Assembly (NCBI GenBank): GCA_963703285.1
Contig: OY969807.1
Coordinates: 1,632,001-1,696,000 of the forward strand
Length of the DNA: 64,000 bases
Reading direction: 5' to 3'
Source of the DNA: an uncultured Nitrososphaerota archaeon
Lineage (GTDB): Archaea > Thermoproteota > Nitrososphaeria > Nitrososphaerales > Gagatemarchaeaceae
Shown here: positions 1 through 9,757 of the stretch, in pieces
Layout: every line of letters starts with the position of its first letter
How positions within the stretch are numbered: position 1 is the stretch's first letter
The notes under the pieces: generated by a model
The model's input: the letters and a program-made list of their open reading frames with translations, nothing else
What the model was told of the DNA's origin: nothing
Database searches by the model: none
Position numbers and translations under genes: made by a program

Positions 1-1
1 C

Positions 2-289
2 AGCGGTCTCGGCGCTGAACCTATCACAGTTGCATCTAACGCATTTCAGAAATACTTCGCGGTTTTAGCTCCGCAATATTCGTGGATTTTCTTTATCGCT
101 CCTTACCTGTTGATAATCGTTTCAGTCCTTATCATGTATGGAATAAGCGAACCTCACTGGCTTGGTCTATTGGCTCTCTTTCTTGGTTTTGTTTCAGGCG
201 TCCTCACTCTGAAGGTCAGTGATTACTTCGTCTTCTTGGCATTTGGTGCACTATTCATCGGAGCTGTGGCGACAAATCATCAATCGTGA
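2..289 (+). CDS. 3' part of a hydrophobic membrane protein (truncated by window edge)
   Basis: Open frame 2 (SGLGAEPITV...FIGAVATNHQS*), several hydrophobic stretches; translated by hand. Confidence 0.6.
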   Translation, partial: SGLGAEPITVASNAFQKYFAVLAPQYSWIFFIAPYLLIIVSVLIMYGISEPHWLGLLALFLGFVSGVLTLKVSDYFVFLAFGALFIGAVATNHQS

Positions 290-399
290 CGATGATATCT
301 GTCTCAGTGGCAATTAAATCGGATTCGAAGATATTAAATCAGACTAAACATGGTTAAGGGCCCAAGGGAGAAGTCTGCCCAAGAGACCAAACAGGGTTC

Positions 400-1356
400 G
401 TGCCATTGCCATCAGTAATTAAGATACTGAGACTCAGACAGATAATTCTTCATTCAAGTCCCGAAGTCAGAGAAATAACAGATGAATACACGTTCTACAA
501 CGACTCCAAGCAGAGCCAGAATTTCATAGTGATTGAAGCTTATGCATACAAAATTAACTTGCACATCTACGACAATGATGGATCCGAATTGCCTGTCTAC
601 CCTAACGACTTCGTGAGACACTTGTTAGGGCAATTTCGTGAGGAATGGGCAACCAGTCTTCTTACCGATATAAATCAACGCAAACGCTATGTTCAGATTA
701 TTCCGCTTCCTCCTGAAAGGCCGATTCATGCGGGAGAAGCCCGAGTAATTCGGTTCACCTATCAAGACGCGAGCATTACAAAAAATGTATCTCGGAAAAG
801 AGCCCTCCTCAACATACCGAAGTTCAAAGTCCAAGTCGAGAAGGCTGCTAACGAAGGATTCCTTACGCACATTCTAATCTCATCTCCCGCTGATTTCGAC
901 TTGCGAAATCAAAAGCCAATCCTGTACAAAATCGAATCAGACGGCAGTAAGTCGCCGCTCACTATGACAGACCATTATCATGTCTCAGTTTTTAATCACG
1001 TAGCCGAATTTACCGTTCCGGACGCGACCTTTCCATTGTCTTTCGATGCCACATACTACATCTATCCAAACCGAGTGGAATCGATACTCTTTCGAGGTCT
1101 ATTTTATGCTCTAACTGCATTCGCCTTGTTTGCATTTCTGTCCGTGGTAGGCTGCCTAAACGACATACTTGTTCTGCGAGCGTTGGTTAGCGGCATCAAT
1201 AAGTCGGATTACATCTTGACCGGGACAATAGTTGCGATTTACCTAGGCTTCTTTGGTCTCATAACCAACCCGCTCACGCACAGGATAAAATTGTGGATGT
1301 TGTTCCCATTAGCTGTATCCATTGTGACGCTTATAGTTGGCAATCAATTACACTAG
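400..1356 (+). CDS. Hypothetical protein with C-terminal transmembrane helices
   Basis: 318-aa ORF, three hydrophobic C-terminal segments. Confidence 0.65.
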   Translation: MPLPSVIKILRLRQIILHSSPEVREITDEYTFYNDSKQSQNFIVIEAYAYKINLHIYDNDGSELPVYPNDFVRHLLGQFREEWATSLLTDINQRKRYVQIIPLPPERPIHAGEARVIRFTYQDASITKNVSRKRALLNIPKFKVQVEKAANEGFLTHILISSPADFDLRNQKPILYKIESDGSKSPLTMTDHYHVSVFNHVAEFTVPDATFPLSFDATYYIYPNRVESILFRGLFYALTAFALFAFLSVVGCLNDILVLRALVSGINKSDYILTGTIVAIYLGFFGLITNPLTHRIKLWMLFPLAVSIVTLIVGNQLH

Positions 1357-1644
1357 ACTCGCTGACAGTTATCATGTTTCATGCACGAAGGTACTGAACC
1401 TGTATCAATCAACGAAATGGTTTCACGCGCCATACGAAAACAATAATAGGTGCACATCTTCGTCTAATGCTATGGCAGAGCGGAAGAAGATGGAATTGAC
1501 AAGCGCGAAGTTTCAAGAACTACTGATAAAAGTAACTCCGCCGCAAACCGAGCCCGGCGGAAAGGATCCATGAGATCTAGAAAAGTAACCGAGTCGTAGC
1601 AAACTCCTTAACTGTTAAATATAAACCATCATCAATCGAGATTC

Positions 1645-2190
1645 TTGGTCTCCACTCTCCTTCAGGGAGATTGCGTCATCTGGAGAAATAATGTTGGTGG
1701 CCGCAAGATGTTTAGCTCCTTATGGTTCGATGAAAAGATACAGAAATTTCAAATTATGGCAAATGGGGTCACGGTGACCAGTTTTTCCCCATATATTGTT
1801 ACCTCGATTCGAGTTTCAGAAACGGGAGCTCTCCGAAAGAAAGCGACACTCGCGCTTGTCGTAAAATTCTCTGATGGAGACGTAACCTTCGCGTACACGG
1901 TTCCAAACAAGAGCGAGCCCCAAGCGATAAAGACAAACCTTGAAAGAATTGTACGCGCGTCCGTTGCAACAGAAAATGTGATTCGCTTGCTGGGTGGAAA
2001 AGAGACCACGTCCATCTTAGAGGTGACTGAAATGCTCTCAAAGTTTTATTCACCCGCAACTGATATCATGGCCCGAAAAATCATAGAGGACGGCATATCG
2101 TCGGGAAGAGTAGAGGGAATTCTCGAAGGACAGATGTTTGTTAGCAAATATGCTTTGCAGAAACGAAGTAAGCATTCCGGGATTGCCTAG
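1645..2190 (+). CDS. Hypothetical protein
   Basis: 181-aa ORF with AT-rich promoter-like sequence at 1605-1625. Confidence 0.5.
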   Translation: MVSTLLQGDCVIWRNNVGGRKMFSSLWFDEKIQKFQIMANGVTVTSFSPYIVTSIRVSETGALRKKATLALVVKFSDGDVTFAYTVPNKSEPQAIKTNLERIVRASVATENVIRLLGGKETTSILEVTEMLSKFYSPATDIMARKIIEDGISSGRVEGILEGQMFVSKYALQKRSKHSGIA

Positions 2191-2202
2191 CGCAGGAGCC
2201 TC

Positions 2203-2892
2203 CTAACTCGGACTTGACGTTGCCACAGGCCATAATGTCTTGTAGATTGGAAGCAGCCCGATTCTTTGCTCTCGGGCTTTTTCGTCCAACACTTTGTAGC
2301 TAGAAAACAAGTAGTAGGTTTGACCATCGTCTCGTAGTCCAGAGCCCGACCAGAAACGCCCTCCAAGGACGTGCTTCGCACTGGTCACAAGGTTGGCAAG
2401 ATTCGGCACTTGTTCGAGTTCTTTCAAATCTGTTATCTTCTTTGTGTTTTTGGGTACTGCGCAAGAAAGCTTGTAATGTACGCGTTTGTTGCCGCTTTTG
2501 GTATCGAATGTGGTTTCTATCGGAATTGTGACCTCCGCCACTTCCAATGCAGATAATGCAGTCGAGACCTGTGAGATCGGCTTATTCTTTATTGCGCCTG
2601 GATACCAAGCGCCAACCTGGAGTGCGATTGGTCCGATGTAGAAACTTTGAACGTACAATTTGAGTAAAGCAGGATTCCCCTTCTGAACTTGTCTTGGTCC
2701 TAACGTGCCATTGTAAATCAAACCATCATGTCTGAAGGCAACCTTGAATCCGAGTTGTGATATCCAGTTTGGGAACTCTCCCTTGAGGCTGTTGAGCAAG
2801 AGATCAAGAGGAAAGAGGAGAATCGTAGAGCATTTAGGGCATCTCTGAATTGTTGGAGCAGAATACAATCCGCACTTGGGACAAGAGGGCAC
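2203..2892 (-). CDS. Hypothetical protein with N-terminal zinc ribbon
   Basis: CPKC-x10-CPKC motif. Confidence 0.6.
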   Translation of the reverse strand: MPSCPKCGLYSAPTIQRCPKCSTILLFPLDLLLNSLKGEFPNWISQLGFKVAFRHDGLIYNGTLGPRQVQKGNPALLKLYVQSFYIGPIALQVGAWYPGAIKNKPISQVSTALSALEVAEVTIPIETTFDTKSGNKRVHYKLSCAVPKNTKKITDLKELEQVPNLANLVTSAKHVLGGRFWSGSGLRDDGQTYYLFSSYKVLDEKAREQRIGLLPIYKTLWPVATSSPS

Positions 2893-3051
2893 ATCTTTTA
2901 TTCTAAGGATTGTTATATGAGTCTAATGCCTGATTCCCTACAATGACTCTTTTGCTGACCAAGATGTAGATGCAAGGAGGATGCTGAGGATCGCATGTAA
3001 TGATTTACTAGCTAGATTTTTTTAGATTACCGATTCGAACCCGAAGGAATA

Positions 3052-3071
3052 AATTCCCACCCCCCGCACCA
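3052..3071 (+). repeat. tRNA-Leu-like 3'-end fragment (putative attR)
   Basis: AATTCCCACCCCCCGCACCA resembles the T-arm/acceptor/CCA end of archaeal tRNA-Leu (GCGGGGG acceptor); no 5' half upstream. Confidence 0.6.
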
Positions 3072-3283
3072 AACATCTGAATCGCCCGAGTGTTGGTACT
3101 CCCTCCAGCGAGCTGGAGTCTAGCAACCTGTTCAATCGTTCGCTGATTGTACCTGAGACGAAACGCTTGGGACCGTTCATTGATTGGCGGGTACGGGGGA
3201 TTGAAATGGTTTAACGATTGTATCAATTGTTTTTCGTCTGACCGGTGAAATGAGGTCATGATGGAAGTGACATTTGGTCGTCA

Positions 3284-3541
3284 TTGGAAGCAGTTGCACA
3301 ATACGTGGACCATAAGACAGAGCTCGAAGGACGGATTGAAGCGCTCGAGGCGGAGCAGGCATCGCTCATCGCGGACATCTCAGCCCTGAAGGAGAAATTA
3401 GCAACGCTGGAGTTGGAGAGGCATGTCTCTTCGCTCGCCAGCGATGTTGAGGCACTTCGCACTGAGAAGACAGTCCTGGAGGAGAAGATCGCGTCCTACG
3501 CCGTCGAGTCAACGGCTCCGAACGAAGGCTATCAGGTTTAA
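3284..3541 (+). CDS. Small coiled-coil protein
   Basis: Heptad-rich E/L/K sequence. Confidence 0.7.
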   Translation: MEAVAQYVDHKTELEGRIEALEAEQASLIADISALKEKLATLELERHVSSLASDVEALRTEKTVLEEKIASYAVESTAPNEGYQV

Positions 3542-3963
3542 CGGAACTTCGATACCTTCTCTTCGAGCTCTCCCTTCTCTTTTCTGAGATAGGAGACTTG
3601 GCCTTCCAGCGCGCTCACCTTGATTTCCAGTTGCTTGAGTTGGGATTCCTTCTCCTTTTGCTTTAGGGCTTCCTGCAACTCCTCTTGGTCCTTCACCAGA
3701 CCGTTGACCCTCTGCTCCAGTTCTTGGTTGGTTGTACGCATGTCACGAAGGTCGCTTTGAATCTTCTTCAGCTGATCCTCGGCGACAACCAGATATTTTT
3801 GGCGACTGACTATCACAGGAAACTTCGTATTGCACTTCGAGCATTGGTACATCCCGACCTTCCTCTGGGTAAGTCCGTGTTCTCCCTCGTTAGGCTCGAC
3901 TATGACGGTGAAGACCTTTGAGGGCGTATCGGCGGCGGTTCCACAACTGGGACATGCTGGCAA
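3538..3963 (-). CDS. Zinc-ribbon plus coiled-coil protein
   Basis: CPSC...CSKC followed by heptad repeats. Confidence 0.75.
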   Translation of the reverse strand: MPACPSCGTAADTPSKVFTVIVEPNEGEHGLTQRKVGMYQCSKCNTKFPVIVSRQKYLVVAEDQLKKIQSDLRDMRTTNQELEQRVNGLVKDQEELQEALKQKEKESQLKQLEIKVSALEGQVSYLRKEKGELEEKVSKFR

Positions 3964-4008
3964 CTTCTAGCGCGTCCGGTACAGCTTGGCCTGTTGTGTT
4001 AAGTCTTG

Positions 4009-4290
4009 CTACTCGCGGATTGATTCGAGTTCTGAGACGGCCGACCAGAGCGTAACCCTGGCGAAGGAGGGCATGTTCGGGTCCTGTGCTACTTCATCCA
4101 GCATGCTAATCGCGTTCGCCGCTCTCACAGCGACGCTCAGCTTGGAATCCTGGAGGACGACCATTGAGTCCTTGACGATTTTTCGGATGTTTCTGGGAGT
4201 GATGTTCGAGTCGGCGATTTGTTGAAGGCTCGCGCTCGCCTTCATGAGCCTGCTGTCATTCTCTTGTTGTTTCTTGATTTTTGTGCTCAA
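4009..4290 (-). CDS. UPF0147 family protein
   Basis: PRNIR...AANAISMLDEVAQDPNMPSFARVTLWSAVSELE signature. Confidence 0.85.
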   Translation of the reverse strand: MSTKIKKQQENDSRLMKASASLQQIADSNITPRNIRKIVKDSMVVLQDSKLSVAVRAANAISMLDEVAQDPNMPSFARVTLWSAVSELESIRE

Positions 4291-4421
4291 ATGTAACGCC
4301 TAGTGCGAGTTTCCACAGCCTTCTTTTGGGGGCATATGTGGTTTTCCATTGAGGAACACCGCTTCCCGAGAGCGGCTCTCGTGCGAATGATTAATAGGTT
4401 GGGCCCAGCAAACGAATCCAG

Positions 4422-4763
4422 ATGAGCAAATCGCGCGAGAAGATGCAGCTCACGGTAGAGTTGATGAGGCGCGGAGCTGTGATGATGAAAGAACCGTGCG
4501 CTCTCGACAATGGGGTCCAGATGAGGTACAAAGGGAAGGTCTACTGTACCACGCATGACGACCTTGATGCGGCGCTCTCGGCTAAGGAAATCACGTTTGG
4601 TGACGTGGCAGTGACCATGACGGACATGCTGCTAATCAAGATCAAGGAGAATATGGCTTCGCTCCAGAACGAGAAGGACCCTCAGAAGCAGGATCAGATT
4701 GTCTCCCTGATGGCAAAGTGCGTGGACCTGCTGAACAAGCTGGAATCAGCACAAAGAACTTAA
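4422..4763 (+). CDS. Sjogren/scleroderma autoantigen-1 (UPF0148)-like Zn-finger protein
   Basis: ELMRRGAVMMKEPC...GKVYC motif. Confidence 0.7.
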   Translation: MSKSREKMQLTVELMRRGAVMMKEPCALDNGVQMRYKGKVYCTTHDDLDAALSAKEITFGDVAVTMTDMLLIKIKENMASLQNEKDPQKQDQIVSLMAKCVDLLNKLESAQRT

Positions 4764-4787
4764 GATTACGGAACGTCTGGGCACAAC

Positions 4788-5261
4788 ATGGTCCTTAGAG
4801 TCGGCCAGCGTGTCCCGGACTTCGTTCTCCCCGACCAGTCAAAACAGGACCGGAGACTTTCTGAGTTCGTCCAGAAGGGGAATGTGGTTCTTGCGTTCTT
4901 TCCGTTCGCCTTCTCCGGAACGTGTGACAGAGAGATGTGCACCTTCAGGGACAGCATGACCAAGCTGAACGGATTACAGGCGAGCGTTGTCGGCATCAGC
5001 GTGGACAGCCTATTCACTCTCAGGGTGTTTGCGCAGACTTACAGCCTGGAATATACTCTCCTGAGCGATTTCAACAAGAAGGTCTCCCGGGCCTTCCATG
5101 TGTTGCAGGATCCTTGGGTGGATTTCGGCTACAGGGGGGTCGCAAAGCGTTCGGTGTTCGTGCTGGACCGGAAGGGGATACTGCGATACAGATGGGTCAC
5201 CGACGTGCCCAGCGAAGAGCCGCCGTACGACGAAGTGATGGCGTCGCTGACGAAACTGTAG
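4788..5261 (+). CDS. Peroxiredoxin (AhpC/TSA family)
   Basis: FFPFAFSGTCDREMC peroxidatic motif, GISVDS. Confidence 0.9.
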   Translation: MVLRVGQRVPDFVLPDQSKQDRRLSEFVQKGNVVLAFFPFAFSGTCDREMCTFRDSMTKLNGLQASVVGISVDSLFTLRVFAQTYSLEYTLLSDFNKKVSRAFHVLQDPWVDFGYRGVAKRSVFVLDRKGILRYRWVTDVPSEEPPYDEVMASLTKL

Positions 5262-5300
5262 GCTTGTTTTTATAGCACTGGTGAGGGGAATCCGAGAAAG

Positions 5301-5660
5301 ATGTCCCAGGAAGTCAAGGAGATCAAGCCGGTCGTCGAGATAACACCCGCGGCAGCTCAGGAACTCAGGGTGTATCTTGAAAAGCAAGGCAAGGCCGATG
5401 GCGGTTTGCGAGTCTTCGTCTCCGCGGGTGGTTGTTCTGGGCTTTCCTACGGGATGGTCCCGGAAGACAAGACCACCGAGGATGACTACGTCATTACGCA
5501 GCACGGTGCAAGGCTGATAGTCGACAAGTCCAGCATGCCTTTCATAGCAGGTTCGCTCATCGACTTCCAGTCCGACAAGCTCATGGGCGGCGGTTTTGTG
5601 GTCAAGAACCCCAACGCCGTCTCTACTTGTGGATGTGGGGAATCGTTCAAGACCGCCTAG
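5301..5660 (+). CDS. HesB/IscA iron-sulfur cluster assembly protein
   Basis: GGCSGLSY and CGCGESF motifs. Confidence 0.92.
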   Translation: MSQEVKEIKPVVEITPAAAQELRVYLEKQGKADGGLRVFVSAGGCSGLSYGMVPEDKTTEDDYVITQHGARLIVDKSSMPFIAGSLIDFQSDKLMGGGFVVKNPNAVSTCGCGESFKTA

Positions 5661-5704
5661 TTCCATTTCGAATCAGATAAAGCGCAAACTGCATGCGAAG
5701 GAGG

Positions 5705-5875
5705 CGCCGGGAGTGGGACTTTCACCCATCGAGAAACTCGCTCATCGAGTTTCCTCCTGGGATTTGAACCCACATGCCCCAGAGGGGCACGGGCTGACTT
5801 GCCAGTCGATCTCGAGTTGCGTATTCGCCTCGTCGGCGAATTGCCCGCGCGTTGGCCAGACTCCGCCATCCCGGC
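5705..5875 (-). tRNA. tRNA-Ser(CGA) with three putative introns
   Basis: Acceptor GCCGGGA/TCCCGGC, anticodon stem CGGGC/GCCCG with loop CT-CGA-GA, long variable arm TGCCCC-TCT-GGGGCA, GTGGG-TTCAAAT-CCCAC T-arm; three insertions must be removed to fold. Confidence 0.85.
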
Positions 5876-5965
5876 AAAGCTACCGGTCATCGTGCCCTCT
5901 TTATCCTTTGCAGATGAGATACGGTTCGATCTTGAGAGCGGCGGGCCTTGGGCCCGTGTGCGAGA

Positions 5966-6760
5966 TTAGACCTTGACGAACTTGGGGCGCCAGCTTCTGG
6001 TCTTGTCAGGTAGCTCCGTGAACTCGAAGTCTGCGTAGATTAGCGGAAACTTCTCCTTCATGATGCGCGCGACCTTGTCGAAGACGTATCTTATCTCGAC
6101 TTCGGCTGCTTCGGCCGTGCGCATTGTGATTACGTGCCTGATCGTGCGATGGTTGGCGGTCCAGACTATCGACGTGGCCATCCCGTCGGGCGCAATCCGC
6201 CTCAGGGCGGACGTCACACGCTTCTTGGCGTCGAAGTTCATGCTCTCCCAGTCGAACTCCCGTTCGAGCTCCCTGTAGTTTCCTTCGATGTTCTCGACAA
6301 TGGTCTTGAGCTGGGCTCTCCGGTCGGCGAGTTCCGGTGGGAGCCAGAACCCCAACTCGGAGGGGCGCACGTACCTGAGGGACTCCTGGCTGATTGCCGT
6401 CCCGACCCTGTGCCTGACGAGCTCGTGTGTGAAAACCCTGCTAACGTTGACGAAGGCGAAGGTGCAACTGGAGTGCTCGAAAATCGATCCGTCGCCCTTC
6501 GATAGCGTGTTCTGGATGTATTCCTCCGAGCTCTGACGAATCTTCGTGACGTTCGGGTTGAGCCCGACGCCGAAGCTCTTGTAGCAAACCCGTCCTGCAA
6601 CCTCGGTCAGCAACTCTCCCTCTGACTTCGACACCTTCTGGGTCTTTGAGAGCCACGCCAGCGCTGTAGTCCCGCCAATCGCTCTCAGCATCTCTTGGAG
6701 TTGTGTTGGGTCGATCTTGGTCTCGCCTATCATGTAGACTTGGGGTTCGACGAACTTCAT
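5966..6760 (-). CDS. thyX: FAD-dependent thymidylate synthase
   Basis: HELVRHR-x6-QESLRYV ThyX motif. Confidence 0.93.
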   Translation of the reverse strand: MKFVEPQVYMIGETKIDPTQLQEMLRAIGGTTALAWLSKTQKVSKSEGELLTEVAGRVCYKSFGVGLNPNVTKIRQSSEEYIQNTLSKGDGSIFEHSSCTFAFVNVSRVFTHELVRHRVGTAISQESLRYVRPSELGFWLPPELADRRAQLKTIVENIEGNYRELEREFDWESMNFDAKKRVTSALRRIAPDGMATSIVWTANHRTIRHVITMRTAEAAEVEIRYVFDKVARIMKEKFPLIYADFEFTELPDKTRSWRPKFVKV

Positions 6761-6930
6761 TCCTAGGAAGCTCCGACCGGTTGTGTTAATTAATCTGTAC
6801 TATCGTATGATGCATTTGGACTAGTGGGGCTTATCTGCGATGTTTACATTAATACGGGAATGCACCTCAGAGAGGTGGCAGCGAATGCTTTGCATTGTGA
6901 CTCATAGAAGAGTCGCGGGCTCGTGATACC

Positions 6931-8274
6931 TTGCCGGTATTCGGGACGGCCGGCGTCCGTGGCATCTTCAACTCCACACAGACACCGGAACAGGTGTACA
7001 AACTCGCGCTGACATCCGCGTTCACGTTTGGCAAGGGCCCATATGGTGTTGGGTGGGACGGACGAAAGAGTTCGGCAATGCTTGCTCGAGTGGTGGCGGC
7101 CGGGCTGTGGGCGGCCGGGAGCAAGGCGCTTGCGTTTGGACTAGTTCCCACCCCCGTGACGGCATACGGAACGAGGGAAGAGGGGTGCAAGCTCGGCTTC
7201 TCCGTAACTGCATCTCACAATCCCCCTGAGTATTCGGGGGTGAAGTTCTTCAACGGTGAAGGGATGGAGCTCTCCAAAGAAGAGGAGTTGAGGATGGAGA
7301 GGGCGATGGTGGTGGGTGCCGACATGAACTCGCGGGAGTTCGGAGAGGCGATGGGTGTTGAAGTACTGGCTTCCTATCTTGCCCGATTGATTGGGCGCTT
7401 TGAAAAATCTGAGAAGGGTCTGAAGGTAGTGGTCGACTGCGCTAACGGGCCGGGGGCCCTTGTTACTCCCAGGGCTTTGGAGGCACTCGGCCACAAGGTG
7501 ATTCCGATGAACGCGCAGATTTCTTGGCGGTTCTCTGCCCATCTGCCAGAACCGACCGCTCATAATCTGAAAGATACGGCGTCTGCTGTCGCGTCGTTGG
7601 GGGCCGATTTCGGATTTGCTCATGATGGAGATGCGGACAGGCTGGTCATCATCAACTCTGCGGGGGTAGTTGTCCCTGATTCCGTCGTATCGATACTCGC
7701 TCTCAGGGCATCCGTGCAGAAGGGGGCGGTAGTCATCCTCTCCGAGAATACGTCTTCTTCGGTAGAGGAAGAAGCGGTCAGGGTTGGTTGCCGCGTCGTG
7801 AGGGGCAGAATCGGCAAGACATTCGCAGAGATAAAGAGCGAAGGCGCGTCGTTTGCCACAGAACCAAGCAAAATCGTGGACCCGCGATGGGGGATGTGGG
7901 AGGACGGGATGTACGGTGCCCTGCTGATCGCAGACGCGGTCTCGAAGGATCCTGAACTGCTCGCCCTGATAAACCGGGAGCCGAAGTGGCACTACAAGCA
8001 GGTCAACATCCCCGTTTCGGCAAATCTATCCATACTCGCGCACACGATAGAGGAAGAATTCGCGAGGTTCCGGATAGCTGAGGTCAGGGGTCTCGACGGA
8101 CTGAAGCTGGTCTTCAAGGATGGGTCGTGGATCATGTTCCGATCCTCAGGCACAGAACCGAAGACGAGAATCTACTGCGAATCCCTCGACGAAACCAGGC
8201 TCGAGGAGCTTCTCGCGAGCGGTAGGAAAGTTCTGGAGGAGGGCCTGATGACTCCGGGAAAGAGGATGTGTTGA
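6931..8274 (+). CDS. Phosphoglucomutase/phosphomannomutase family protein
   Basis: FGTAGVRG, TASHNP, DGDADR, RSSGTEP motifs. Confidence 0.92.
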   Translation: MPVFGTAGVRGIFNSTQTPEQVYKLALTSAFTFGKGPYGVGWDGRKSSAMLARVVAAGLWAAGSKALAFGLVPTPVTAYGTREEGCKLGFSVTASHNPPEYSGVKFFNGEGMELSKEEELRMERAMVVGADMNSREFGEAMGVEVLASYLARLIGRFEKSEKGLKVVVDCANGPGALVTPRALEALGHKVIPMNAQISWRFSAHLPEPTAHNLKDTASAVASLGADFGFAHDGDADRLVIINSAGVVVPDSVVSILALRASVQKGAVVILSENTSSSVEEEAVRVGCRVVRGRIGKTFAEIKSEGASFATEPSKIVDPRWGMWEDGMYGALLIADAVSKDPELLALINREPKWHYKQVNIPVSANLSILAHTIEEEFARFRIAEVRGLDGLKLVFKDGSWIMFRSSGTEPKTRIYCESLDETRLEELLASGRKVLEEGLMTPGKRMC

Positions 8275-8281
8275 TCGGCTA

Positions 8282-9757
8282 ATGTCCTTGGAGTTGGCAA
8301 ACGCCGTCTCAAAGGCGCTGTCCGAGGGATACCAGATAGACGGAGAGGCGTTCGGGGTAATCTCGGCCCTCCCTGCCGGTACCGATGTAGAGCTTCTTGT
8401 CAAGAATGCGATTCGGAGGAAGACGGGGGACACTGACAGGGTGATTCGCAAGGCGGACATCGAAACGGTGATCCCTCAGGAGCTGCTGGCGGTCCAGGAA
8501 CCTGTCTTGCGTGTCTCGGGTGAAACCGGAGAAATCGAAGTGATGAGTGACCCAACCTCCCAGATTGCTCCTGCCGAGGCGGATATCGGGTTCAAGAAAC
8601 TGTTCCAAGACAGATACTGGAGGCTACTGGGCATAGCCAGAAGGAGGCCTGACTCGAGAAACATCTCCAACATAGAATCGATCAAGGGAAAGAAGGTTGA
8701 CAAGGTAAAGATCGCTGGTCTCCTCTCCTCGAAGAACAGCAGGCACGGAAACGTCGAGCTCGTTCTGGATGACCCGACCGGGAGCGCGCGGATCCAATGC
8801 ACCGATGAGTTCGCCGGTGCCGCCCTGAGGATTCCACTAGACAGTTTCGTGGTGGTGGAGCTGTCTGGCGGGAAGGGAGGGCAGACGTATGCGACGTCCC
8901 TGACCATGCCGGACGTCCCGAGTCGGAAGCCGGTGACAACGTCCCACCGCGCCTACGCGGTCCTGCTCTCGGATCTACACATAGGTAGCAAGATGTTCCT
9001 CCAAGAAGACTTCGGGAGGTTCATCTTGTGGCTCAACGGGAAGCTGGGCGACCTGGATATCGTGAGTAGAATCAAATATGTGATAATCGCAGGCGACGCC
9101 ATCGACGGCATAGGCGTCTATCCCGGCCAGGAGTACCAGCTCAGCGAGACGAACCTCAGCAAGCAATACTCTCTTGCAGCTCAGCTGATTTCGCAGATCC
9201 CCAAGCACGTCAAGGTGCTGCTGTCGCCGGGCAACCACGACTGCGTCCGCCAAGCGCTCCCTCAACCTGCGGTTCCGGTCGATGTTGCCGAGCCCTTGTA
9301 CAAGCTGGAGAACCTGAAGAATGTGGGCAACCCGTCCTATGTGAAGCTGGACGGCGTAAGCTTCCTCGTTTATCATGGAAGAAGTCTAGACGATATCATC
9401 GCGACCATTCCCAATCTTAGCTACGACAGGCCTGCGGCGGCTATGCAGGTCCTCTTGAAGGCTAGGCATCTGGCGCCCATGTATGGCAAGAGGACTCCCC
9501 TCTCCCCGGAGCTGAGGGACATGCTGGTGATTGACCCCGTCCCAGACGTGTTCCACTCCGGGCATGTCCATGCCATCGACGTGCTCGAATACCGAGGTAC
9601 TCTCATTGTGAACTCGGGGACCTTCCAAGCGCAGACGCCCTTTCAGGCAAACATGGGGATGGAACCGACGTGCTCGATCGTTCCAATCGTAGACCTCTCG
9701 ACCCTGGAGGTGGTCAAGAGGAGCTTCAGGAAGCAAGGTTTCGGTCTCGGGAACTAG
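8282..9757 (+). CDS. polB: DNA polymerase D small subunit (DP1)
   Basis: SDLHIGSK, GDAIDGIGVYPGQ, PGNHD, HGRSLDD, GHVH phosphoesterase motifs. Confidence 0.93.
   Translation: MSLELANAVSKALSEGYQIDGEAFGVISALPAGTDVELLVKNAIRRKTGDTDRVIRKADIETVIPQELLAVQEPVLRVSGETGEIEVMSDPTSQIAPAEADIGFKKLFQDRYWRLLGIARRRPDSRNISNIESIKGKKVDKVKIAGLLSSKNSRHGNVELVLDDPTGSARIQCTDEFAGAALRIPLDSFVVVELSGGKGGQTYATSLTMPDVPSRKPVTTSHRAYAVLLSDLHIGSKMFLQEDFGRFILWLNGKLGDLDIVSRIKYVIIAGDAIDGIGVYPGQEYQLSETNLSKQYSLAAQLISQIPKHVKVLLSPGNHDCVRQALPQPAVPVDVAEPLYKLENLKNVGNPSYVKLDGVSFLVYHGRSLDDIIATIPNLSYDRPAAAMQVLLKARHLAPMYGKRTPLSPELRDMLVIDPVPDVFHSGHVHAIDVLEYRGTLIVNSGTFQAQTPFQANMGMEPTCSIVPIVDLSTLEVVKRSFRKQGFGLGN

Larger units (their letters stand above)
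1..3071. mobile_element. Right end of an AT-richer integrated element (genomic island) ending in a tRNA-derived att-like site
   Basis: Visibly more AT-rich than the rest, only hypothetical ORFs, ends at a tRNA 3'-end duplicate (3052-3071); no integrase in window. Confidence 0.6.

Noticed and set aside
3177-3362. ORF with tRNA-antisense-like wording (ALSYGP)
   Set aside because: No cloverleaf; it is the antisense of the coiled-coil gene.
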